Notes under the pieces: model-generated
What the model saw: only the letters and a program-made list of their open reading frames with translations
Database searches by the model: none
What the model was told of the DNA's origin: nothing
Origin: an uncultured bacterium
GTDB lineage: Bacteria; JAJVIF01; JAPKYR01
NCBI GenBank assembly: GCA_965371155.1
Contig: CBDUXL010000002.1
Coordinates: 1-42,129, forward strand
DNA length: 42,129 bases
Reading direction: 5' to 3'
In this document: piece after piece, positions 34,546 through 42,129 of the stretch
Layout of the letters: each line of letters opens with the position of its first letter
How positions within the stretch are numbered: position 1 is the stretch's first letter
Made by a program: the position numbers and the translations under genes

Positions 34546-35247
34546 TTATTTCCCGAATGATTCCGCCTCCACGTCAGCAAAATCACCAGGCGGAAATTTT
34601 ACCCCGCCGTTGGGGTTACGCAATGTTGCGATGTACTCGCGCTGAACGATCGTGCCTCCCCGCTCGATGCTCAAGGTCATCGAGATTCTCTTAACCTCGG
34701 GAAGCTGATCGGTGAAGTTTCCCTCCGAATCAGCGTAGTCGAACATAAGATTTGCGATACCTGATGTGAGACTGGTGGTGCCCTGCTCCTTAATGGTCCC
34801 ATTCTCTCTCACCACCACCACGGTTCGCATCAAGTAGCTTTCCCTGATGAACGTACCGTACTTTAAGATGAACACGCCGTACCTGACCTTATATCGCACC
34901 CAGATCTCTTCGCCGTCCGGACCCGGATAACCGAGAATAAGGTATAAAGGGTTTGTGGTTTCTCGAAGGACCATCGCACCCGTTTCGTCATGCGTCTCCT
35001 CGTTGTAGAACCAGACAGCGGACTGCACATCGCTGATAAACTGGTTCATTACACACTGGTGACCGAACTGCACGTTTTGGTCATTGGTCATCCTGTTCAA
35101 AGCCCCGAGACCCTCCAGAAGCCCCGCGACAATGCCGGCTGCAATCAATGTGGTCAGTCCGACAACAAGCAGGGTCTCCACCAGAGTGAATCCACGCTCG
35201 CTGAATCCCAGTTTTTCTTGTCCAATATTCATCCTGAATTCTGTCAA
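34546..35247 (-). CDS. Minor pilin-like protein (PilW/GspJ-like, 233 aa)
   Basis: ...EKLGFSERG|FTLVETLLVVGLTTLIAAGIVAGLLEG. The TTG start overlaps the upstream stop (TTGA). Alternative ATG at 35232. Confidence 0.7.
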   Translation of the reverse strand: MTEFRMNIGQEKLGFSERGFTLVETLLVVGLTTLIAAGIVAGLLEGLGALNRMTNDQNVQFGHQCVMNQFISDVQSAVWFYNEETHDETGAMVLRETTNPLYLILGYPGPDGEEIWVRYKVRYGVFILKYGTFIRESYLMRTVVVVRENGTIKEQGTTSLTSGIANLMFDYADSEGNFTDQLPEVKRISMTLSIERGGTIVQREYIATLRNPNGGVKFPPGDFADVEAESFGK

Positions 35248-36824
35248 TCCAAACCTACCCAGCGCACTTCAATCGCGTCTATGGCGAACCCATCGTAACC
35301 GTCATCGTAAGTGTTTCCTGAATCATTAGATTTGAAATGGATCACCAATGTGTCTCCCTGGATCCAGTCGGTCCAGTCACCGTTAATCGGGTACGGGTTT
35401 CCGCCGGCATCCTCCGGCGTTATCGTATCGCCGGGATCGGTGGGAACAGTAACCAAACGTCCCCTGATTTCGCTCGCACCGGGAACGGTAAACGGGAATG
35501 TGAAATCCTCGTTGTCTTCGAAAACAAGGTGTGACGGGAAGTCACGGAGATTAGGTAATCGATCCACCCTTGTCGGAGCGTTGCGATAGAAGCTCGTCTG
35601 GAACCATGCAATCCCGCGATCGTCATCCTGCCACCAGGTTTTTGTCTGCCACTCTTCGGAGCGAGGATTCGGCGCCACAGGGTGGAACTCCAGATCCACC
35701 CGGATAAGGTCTCCATGCCCGAGCCTGACCGACTCCACATCCGGAGCGATGACGTATGTCCGTCTGCCTAGATCGAACCCCGATTCCAGGTAGTTCGGGA
35801 AATACATTATCACGTTATCAAACTCTCCACGCCAGTCCTCGAGGTAGTAGGTCGCCTCGTTATAGCCATAAATCTCGATCTCAGCCACATAGGGCCAATG
35901 ATAATCCTTGTCAAAATCGGCGTAGGTATCGATTTTGTATACGCCGATGATGCCGGCTTCCAGCGGCGCCTCGGGCTTGTCGTAAATCATATGGATCCCG
36001 GATGAAGAATAGCCCAGGTTCTTTCCGAACGCGAGTGGGTTTGCATCCTGGAACCACGGATCGAAGACGTCCCCGACGCCGAGTATTCCGTCGGACCAGA
36101 AGAAATCGAAGTTGCGTTGCCAGATGTCCAGCTCGTGGGGAAGATAGTCGAAATCCTCATCCGGTACACCGAGAATCTCGGTCATGTTGAACCTGTTATC
36201 ATAAAGAATCCGACTGATGTAGGTCAGCTTAGGGAAAGCGCAATAAATGTACTGGTAATCCTTAGGACGGTTGTCTCCACCCCCTTCCGGATCGTCGCTG
36301 GGTCCCCCGGCGCCCGGATCCCCGCCCCCGATTGGGTCGTCTGTCACAGGGCCTTCATCACCACGATAGGCCAGCGCGTTCTCTTTTCCCATCCATCGGC
36401 TGTTCTCGTTGGCGCGCTTCCCATCGAAAGCATGGTGCCTGGAGAACCTGTCTCCAGGAGTGGGGAGATCATACGACGCCCCAACTGTGACGACCCCGTC
36501 GAATTCCGTGCTGATTGCGAGATCGCTGAAATAGTCGGGAACATCCTGAACGTACCCGACTTCGCCAGTCTTGAGGAACGGAACCCGTCCGAACTCGCTC
36601 GCCCGGAGGCTCTCGAACTCCAAACCGGCGAGGTAAACAAGACTGCCCTGATCGATAGCCATGCGGGACGTTATAGTGGAGGTCGAAAGGGCCATCAGGA
36701 ATCCCACCAGGGCTATACCCAGAACAACCGTGGATATAAGCACCTCGAGCAGGCTAATACCCCGCTGGTTGCGGACAGCGTCCAGGAGCCTGAAACCTCG
36801 TTTGTATGTACAAGAATCTGTCAT
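35244..36824 (-). CDS. Large minor pilin-like protein (PilV-like N-terminus, 526 aa) with a C-terminal CUB-like module
   Basis: ...VRNQRG|ISLLEVLISTVVLGIALVGFLMAL. The C-terminus reads GDTLVIHFKSNDSGNTYDDGYDGFAIDAIEVRW. A Gly/Pro/Asp loop GGGDPGAGGPSDDPEGGGD is also present. Confidence 0.7.
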   Translation of the reverse strand: MTDSCTYKRGFRLLDAVRNQRGISLLEVLISTVVLGIALVGFLMALSTSTITSRMAIDQGSLVYLAGLEFESLRASEFGRVPFLKTGEVGYVQDVPDYFSDLAISTEFDGVVTVGASYDLPTPGDRFSRHHAFDGKRANENSRWMGKENALAYRGDEGPVTDDPIGGGDPGAGGPSDDPEGGGDNRPKDYQYIYCAFPKLTYISRILYDNRFNMTEILGVPDEDFDYLPHELDIWQRNFDFFWSDGILGVGDVFDPWFQDANPLAFGKNLGYSSSGIHMIYDKPEAPLEAGIIGVYKIDTYADFDKDYHWPYVAEIEIYGYNEATYYLEDWRGEFDNVIMYFPNYLESGFDLGRRTYVIAPDVESVRLGHGDLIRVDLEFHPVAPNPRSEEWQTKTWWQDDDRGIAWFQTSFYRNAPTRVDRLPNLRDFPSHLVFEDNEDFTFPFTVPGASEIRGRLVTVPTDPGDTITPEDAGGNPYPINGDWTDWIQGDTLVIHFKSNDSGNTYDDGYDGFAIDAIEVRWVGLD

Positions 36825-36842
36825 AAACCAAACTGATCTATC

Positions 36843-39422
36843 TCAATAACCACCCAGATTCCGGAATCGGAATGCCCTGGTTGGGTCGTCGGATCTGTCA
36901 TAGTACTGGTCGTAGGCGAGCATTGCGTATTCTTCGTAGTATTCCTTCACTTGAAGAATGTCGCCGTTGACGTAGCCGCAATGGTTGATCTCGAATCCCG
37001 AATGCCCGGCATTATCATCCCCGTCCCCGATCAGTTTCACCTGAGCGGTTGTACCGGGCACAAGCACCCAGCCGTAAGTGGCGTTCAAATCAATAACTGT
37101 TTCAGGTGAGGTTCCCAACGGATACTCAGGACCTGCAGCGCCCGGTCCGCCCCCGGGCTGCTCGCCTCCGGTGGGGTCATCCGGATTGCCGGGTCCTCCC
37201 ATATCCGGGAAATCGTCGGTGCTATCGGAAACGAGAGTTGCGATCAGGATTCCGTCGATATCATACACCTCGATTCGATCGCCCGGGTCGAGGTCATAAC
37301 TGTAACGGTCGAAATGCAGTCCGACCACCAATGCGTTCTTGTTCGTGTACCACCACTCCGAAGTCTCGAAAGCCTGATCTCCGAAGGCGGGATAGCTCAC
37401 ATTCGACGGGTAGTACACATCCGACCGGATAGTCGGCGGGGTGCTGTCATCATCATGGCCGTCGGATGTTGTGTATTCAATGGCGTCGATTCGATAGCCG
37501 AAGTTCTCGGGGGATACCTCATGGGCATCCTGCGCGTCGGAGATGAACTCGATCTCCAGCCTGTCGAAAATGCCGCAGTCGATAGGGTCGACGGAAAGAG
37601 TCCTGATGTCGCGGTACTGGAGGGGATTTGAAATAATGAACGGCCCCCAGAAACTGTCTTCATGAACATAATTAATTGTGAACCCCGCGATAGTCAGGGA
37701 TATCATGTCATTATTGAGAGGTCCACCGGAGCCGACAGTTAGATTCGTGCACTCGGAGAAGTAGACCTTCCAGTTGGTGAGCGTCCCCAACCCGCTCGGA
37801 TCGGTGGTATCCGGAACCGACGGCTGCCAGATGGTCATATAGCCGCCGATGTTGGTCGTCAGAGGCAAATACAGCGGTCCACCCATGTCAGGGATAGTGT
37901 AGGTGCCGTCGTTGGCGCCGAGAGAGGCAAGGTGCGGGGTCTGCACCAACGGCTGCTCTCTTCTCTGCCAGTTGCCGTTCCTATCGGTGTACTCCATCGC
38001 CTCGATCTTGAACCCGTAGTCGGGGAGGCCATCCGTGTCGAAATTGGCCCCTCTGTGGAGCAGGAGAACAAAGCCCAAGGGGACCGTCGTATCCATGCGA
38101 TTGATTACCGGTGAGAAACCTCCCGGAGGCAGCGGATTTCCAGAGTCGTAAACCTCCACTGCACCCACCCCCATTGGCTCGGAGGCATTGAAAAGGTACA
38201 GCGTGTCGGCAGGATCAAGCGAGCAGAAATCCGAAAACTGGATGGTCATCTGCTGGGCTACAGCCATCGGGGATGCCGGGGCAGCCTGGAACTCGCCGTG
38301 GATGACCATGACGTTCAGGTTGGCGGCAGTGGTGACATCGATTATGTGATCGTAAGGATGCGGAGTCTCATAGTAAGACGGAAAAGCGTCGTAGTCGAAT
38401 TTGTATCTGACGCCGCTCACCCTGAAGCCGTAGTCCAGTCCGTCCGCCGGAGGGGCCGGTCTTGCCGAAAGATATAAGCCGATTGTAGTGGTGAGAAAAT
38501 AATCTGTGAAGACCTCACTAAGTACGTTCTCAAAGCCGCTATGGCTTTGCGGCGGCGGATTCTGGAATTGACCGGCACCAGCAAGCCACGGGGAAATGTA
38601 AAGAGTGTCGCCGCCGTGGATCTGGACCCTACCGATTTTGGCCATCAGAGCGAGATGGGTCAGGTTACGATAAGGATGTCGAGGGTCCTGCTGGTAAGTA
38701 ACCGACCACGCGCGAGCGATGTCGGGCGGGTACGGGTGCTCGGTCTGGATATACGGGTACGGTCCAAGGCGTGACGACTCAGTGATTCCCGCCTCGCGGA
38801 CATCGTAGTTCCATTGCACGTTTGGGTATTCGCCACGAAGGAAACTGAACAACGCGGTATCGCCATCGGGTTCGTCCACCTCGCCTACCCCAAATACCAC
38901 CAGGTCGCCCGTCGATTGCCTCTGAGCGAACTCGTACCCCGGGAAATCCTCACTGAATGTGAGATCATCGTGGTATCGATAAATCGCATTGTCCCTGTCG
39001 CCGGGGACAATATCGGTCTCGGGATAATACGCGCTTATGCTGGTGTCAACGCTGTAAGCCGTTCGGAGCGTTGTAACCGGGAAATCCTCGATTTCTTCCT
39101 CGTAGGATACACCCTCGGTCAGAAGTGTGACTTTCAGCAGGTCCTCGGAAGTGGTGGAGACCTCAAAGGGGTCGATATAACCCGGGGTGATGTACTCCGG
39201 GTCCACCAGGAGGCCGTAAGCGCCCTCATGCATGGCTCCCTCAGCAACCTGGCGGGCGACAAATGAGTGCCGATGTGTGTCGGTGGATTCAAGCGACTTT
39301 ATGCTTACTGCGAGGGTTGTGTAGGCAAGAACGGCGAAGATGCCGGCGATTATGAGCACGACGATCAATACGACCCCTCGTTCACCAGAAATCCTCCTAT
39401 CAAGTTTTACAGGAATCGGCAT
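36843..39422 (-). CDS. Giant PilX/GspK-like minor pilin (about 860 aa, no Glu5) carrying four CUB-like modules
   Basis: MPIPVKLDRRISGERG|VVLIVVLIIAGIFAVLAYTTLAVS, with a hydrophobic N-terminal helix but Val rather than Glu at +5. Module ends are DYGFRVSGVRY, DYGFKIEAMEY, NFGYRIDAIEY and HSGFEINHCGY. Module starts are TEHPYPPD, TPHPYDH and YPSNVSYP. The ORF-track GTG at 39482 lies only about 10 nt from the predicted sigma-54 transcription start, so ATG 39422 is preferred. Confidence 0.7.
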   Translation of the reverse strand: MPIPVKLDRRISGERGVVLIVVLIIAGIFAVLAYTTLAVSIKSLESTDTHRHSFVARQVAEGAMHEGAYGLLVDPEYITPGYIDPFEVSTTSEDLLKVTLLTEGVSYEEEIEDFPVTTLRTAYSVDTSISAYYPETDIVPGDRDNAIYRYHDDLTFSEDFPGYEFAQRQSTGDLVVFGVGEVDEPDGDTALFSFLRGEYPNVQWNYDVREAGITESSRLGPYPYIQTEHPYPPDIARAWSVTYQQDPRHPYRNLTHLALMAKIGRVQIHGGDTLYISPWLAGAGQFQNPPPQSHSGFENVLSEVFTDYFLTTTIGLYLSARPAPPADGLDYGFRVSGVRYKFDYDAFPSYYETPHPYDHIIDVTTAANLNVMVIHGEFQAAPASPMAVAQQMTIQFSDFCSLDPADTLYLFNASEPMGVGAVEVYDSGNPLPPGGFSPVINRMDTTVPLGFVLLLHRGANFDTDGLPDYGFKIEAMEYTDRNGNWQRREQPLVQTPHLASLGANDGTYTIPDMGGPLYLPLTTNIGGYMTIWQPSVPDTTDPSGLGTLTNWKVYFSECTNLTVGSGGPLNNDMISLTIAGFTINYVHEDSFWGPFIISNPLQYRDIRTLSVDPIDCGIFDRLEIEFISDAQDAHEVSPENFGYRIDAIEYTTSDGHDDDSTPPTIRSDVYYPSNVSYPAFGDQAFETSEWWYTNKNALVVGLHFDRYSYDLDPGDRIEVYDIDGILIATLVSDSTDDFPDMGGPGNPDDPTGGEQPGGGPGAAGPEYPLGTSPETVIDLNATYGWVLVPGTTAQVKLIGDGDDNAGHSGFEINHCGYVNGDILQVKEYYEEYAMLAYDQYYDRSDDPTRAFRFRNLGGY

Positions 39423-39502
39423 GCTCAATCTTGCCTCACGGTTCCGAGGGGCGCGAAGATGCAGCACCTTCCGCCGCTCCACGATGGAACCAGGTCGAAA
39501 AG

Positions 39503-39518
39503 TGCAATTACTATGCCA
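39503..39518 (-). promoter_or_regulatory. Sigma-54 (-24/-12) type promoter upstream of the pilus operon
   Basis: The minus strand reads TGGCAT-AGTAA-TTGCA, against the consensus TGGCAC-N5-TTGCW. It is intergenic, with a predicted start near 39492, 70 nt upstream of ATG 39422. Confidence 0.6.
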
Positions 39519-39901
39519 TCAAGCCGGCGACAACACATCCTGCCGGCGACTAGCCTTCGTCACGCCAATTGAACTGCAATAATACCGTTTATGCATCCCT
39601 TTGTCGAGCCTGGACAGCTAACGTGCACCCCCTGATTCGCTTCAGAAGCCCGGATTCCCGCATTTGACGGCGTCAGCGACTGGTGCTGACAACAAGACTT
39701 CCCGAATCTCAGGTTTACTTCCGGGATGATTTCTGCCGGTGTTCCGTTTTGCAGTTTCCTTTCTTCCAGCATGGTGTTGCAAGCTGCAACAGTCTCGGCT
39801 CCTGGCGGTGGCAAAAAAATCCACCTGTCACAGCTACTGTAAACAATAATAGTATCGGGAGTAACTGCTGAGTCTTGATGGGTCTTAATCTCAAGCGAAA
39901 C

Positions 39902-41374
39902 CTAGAATCTGACCACACCGGAAGGCCAGAGCTCTGCGAGTCGAAGTGCGAACGCCAGAATAGATTCAACTATCGGCATCCTGCTGCCGCCGGCGGAAGT
40001 TCCGATGTACAGGAACGCCGAAGGGGCGGAACCATAGGGCGCCTGACTCATGATCAACCCGATCAGCCCTCCCCAGCGAACTGCAAGCCAGCTCCATGTG
40101 AATCTGAAACGCGAGGAGCTTATGTTGCACCATCCGAAAAGCCCCAGCAATATTGCCGCCGGGAGAAACAGCGGAACGCCCGGGGGACGTGCGCCCATCG
40201 AGAAGAACACATCCGTTCGGTCGATAAGCTGCTCGAAATACGCCTGGTATTCCTCCTCCGTTCCGGCTGCGGCGCCGAGCTGGACCATTGTGAACTCCCC
40301 ACCCACAAGCTCGGCTGGGAGGACGCGAAAATCAGCGAGGAGCCGCTCGGTTTCGCCCACCATGCGGGCATCATCGGTGATCCCCCACGAGAGCAGAACG
40401 ACTGACGCAATGCCCAACAGGAAACGCAGGCTCGCCCGATGAGAATCCTCGCCTTTCCGACCTGCCAGCGCCAGAACACCCGGAACTACAAGCGGCGCGA
40501 GCCATATCACGCCGTTGAGGCCGACCAGGTCGTGCCATATCAGACGGGCCATATCCCCTAACTGCATTTCCGGGTGCTGGATATCGATCCATTGCACGGG
40601 AAGGGGATTTCCAAAGAAAAAGGCGTTGCCGATCAGTGAGATCACAACAGCTACGGCGGCGGAAATTCCGAAGGTTGATATAAGAACGGTCTGTCGAGCT
40701 GGCGAAACCCCTTTCGGTGGTGATACGAACAGCATCAGAAGGCCCCAGACAGCCCAGGTCCATCCGGCGGGATGACCGGCTCCGGCGAATCCGGCGCACA
40801 AGCCCCCAAGGATAAGCGGACCGATTGCCGGACGATTGTGGGACTCCAGAACCATCACGACAGTCCAGCATGCCAGGGCGGCGAGGGGGAGGAAAATCGA
40901 GGCTGCGCTCAGCCAGCCGAAGACAAGCGATCCCGCCATGGCCGCCCATGCCGCCCAGATGGGTTTCGTTCCCTCGCTGAAACCCCACAGAACCGCGAGC
41001 CGTGTCAGACCGCCAAACAGGAGAAAAGCCCAGGGGAGGACACTGAAGAAGTTCAGAATCCAACAGAGGCGTGGAAGGTCGGCGCCGTCGAGCGGGCGAC
41101 CGAGGCTGTCACGGTACAACCTGCACACTCCGCCGTAGTACAACATCGTGGCCGGGGGAGTTCGGGGCCTGTAGTTTTCCCTGATTCTGAACACATGAGT
41201 CGGACGGACCCCGGCCGGAAGCAGGTCTTGCGCCACAATCGGCCCGTTGCCCTGTATCCAGTTGACCGCGGCGGAAAGCGGCATCAGCTCCGGCGCGGTG
41301 TCTGGAACCGTGCGGGCGAGGACGCCCACCACGAGCGCGAGAATGATAAGGGAGATTACATATGCGCGGCGCAT
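39902..41374 (-). CDS. Polytopic inner-membrane protein, possible GT-C-fold glycosyltransferase
   Basis: About 490 aa with roughly 10 or more hydrophobic segments and a long first extracytoplasmic loop (ENYRPRTPPATMLYYGGVCRLYRDSLGRPLDGAD). It lies 34 nt downstream of the UbiA-family gene. No specific motif was recognised, and the function is inferred from context only. Confidence 0.4.
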   Translation of the reverse strand: MRRAYVISLIILALVVGVLARTVPDTAPELMPLSAAVNWIQGNGPIVAQDLLPAGVRPTHVFRIRENYRPRTPPATMLYYGGVCRLYRDSLGRPLDGADLPRLCWILNFFSVLPWAFLLFGGLTRLAVLWGFSEGTKPIWAAWAAMAGSLVFGWLSAASIFLPLAALACWTVVMVLESHNRPAIGPLILGGLCAGFAGAGHPAGWTWAVWGLLMLFVSPPKGVSPARQTVLISTFGISAAVAVVISLIGNAFFFGNPLPVQWIDIQHPEMQLGDMARLIWHDLVGLNGVIWLAPLVVPGVLALAGRKGEDSHRASLRFLLGIASVVLLSWGITDDARMVGETERLLADFRVLPAELVGGEFTMVQLGAAAGTEEEYQAYFEQLIDRTDVFFSMGARPPGVPLFLPAAILLGLFGWCNISSSRFRFTWSWLAVRWGGLIGLIMSQAPYGSAPSAFLYIGTSAGGSRMPIVESILAFALRLAELWPSGVVRF

Positions 41375-41407
41375 CGGGTTTTCGCCCGGAGCCAATTGAT
41401 GGACGGC

Positions 41408-42129
41408 TTATCTGAAACCGGGCAGTAGAAACAGAATCGCAACAGTAACGATCCAAAGAATCAAGCAGACAGCGATAGGGCGATCCTGGAGTAGAACCTC
41501 CTCGGGCGCCTCGCCCTCGGATCGAGTGTGAACGAGGTAGTAGTAACGGAAAATGCCGTAAATCACGAACGGAATCGTCAGCATGAGGCGATTGTCTGGA
41601 TGGCCTGACGTGGAGAAAGTGTAGAGCGAGTAGCTCATCACGTTCACACTGGCCGCAATGAGCAGGAGCTGGTCGACCATCGGGATAGTGTAACCCGCAA
41701 GCGCGATCCGTCCCGCGGCCTCCGTTACATCGGGAATCTCGCCATTGGTCTCAAGACGCACAAGCTCCTGACGTCGCTTGCCGAGCGCGAGAAACAGCGC
41801 CAGAAGTCCGGTGCAGAGAAGAAGCCACGGCGAGATCTCAACTCGCAGGGCCACCGCTCCGGCGACAGCCCGCAGCGTGAAGCCCGCGGATAAGACAAGG
41901 ACATCCAGAAGCGGAATGTCCTTGATCCAGACGCTGTAGAGGAATGTCAGGATGAGATAACCTGCGATTGTGATAAGAAAACCGAACGGCAAACCGTCCA
42001 GCGGTTTCGCAGGAAGCGGCAAATGAAGTGGAGTGAGGTCAAGATACAGCCCTCCCGCGGCAACAAGAATCATCAGGGCTATCACGGTGGCGAGCGCTGC
42101 AGGAACCGGAAACCGTCCGCTGGCTATCG
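41408..42129 (-). CDS. UbiA-family prenyl-phosphate phosphoribosyltransferase-like protein (decaprenyl-phosphate 5-phosphoribosyltransferase type); N-terminus lies outside the window
   Basis: The frame is open to base 42129, reading ...IASGRFPVPAAL at the edge. Motifs are LDVLVLSAGFTLRAVAGAVA, LALGKRRQEL and C-terminal IPFVIYGIFRYYYL...GEAPEEVLLQDRP, which resemble the Rv3806c-type subfamily. Confidence 0.65.
   Translation of the reverse strand, partial: IASGRFPVPAALATVIALMILVAAGGLYLDLTPLHLPLPAKPLDGLPFGFLITIAGYLILTFLYSVWIKDIPLLDVLVLSAGFTLRAVAGAVALRVEISPWLLLCTGLLALFLALGKRRQELVRLETNGEIPDVTEAAGRIALAGYTIPMVDQLLLIAASVNVMSYSLYTFSTSGHPDNRLMLTIPFVIYGIFRYYYLVHTRSEGEAPEEVLLQDRPIAVCLILWIVTVAILFLLPGFR

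Noticed and set aside
1-42129. Mobile genetic element, prophage or defence island signatures
   Set aside because: No transposase, integrase, recombinase, tRNA attachment site, terminal inverted repeats or phage structural motifs were recognised. The pilus block looks like a resident chromosomal operon, although codon or GC deviation was not computed.

Overview
GC-rich bacterial (diderm-type) chromosomal window. It is almost fully coding and almost all genes are on the minus strand. Block 1 (1-9.7 kb) is central metabolism. It holds a partial beta-propeller repeat protein, aroC and aroE, then an 8-gene operon in which a four-subunit 2-oxoacid:ferredoxin oxidoreductase (delta-alpha-beta-gamma) runs, through 4-nt start/stop overlaps, into an HdrC-like gene. 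An HdrB-like (CCG) gene and an Sdh/Frd-type iron-sulfur plus flavoprotein pair follow in the same operon. Block 2 (9.7-15.7 kb) holds a roughly 400-nt structured non-coding stretch with palindromic repeats and a canonical terminator, an 890-aa lipoprotein with a PQQ-like beta-propeller, an orphan HExxH protein (the only sizeable internal plus-strand gene) and a glycosyltransferase. Block 3 (15.7-39.5 kb) is the standout: a type IV pilus-like locus with non-canonical architecture. In transcription order it has a sigma-54-type promoter, two giant minor-pilin-like proteins (879 and 526 aa) built from CUB-like modules, and a 233-aa PilW/GspJ-like pilin. Twelve tandem divergent prepilin paralogs come next, then pilM-N-O-P, a roughly 1640-aa secretin with six AMIN-like modules and long polyacidic linkers, two orphan exported proteins, and pilT. 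Block 4 (39.9-42.1 kb) holds a polytopic membrane protein and a UbiA-family decaprenyl-phosphate phosphoribosyltransferase-like gene that is open to the window end, which suggests a lipid-linked pentose glycosylation route next to the pilin array. I recognised no rRNA, tRNA, CRISPR array, transposase or integrase. All calls come from reading the translations and the DNA by eye. No database search was run, so family names are motif-level assignments.
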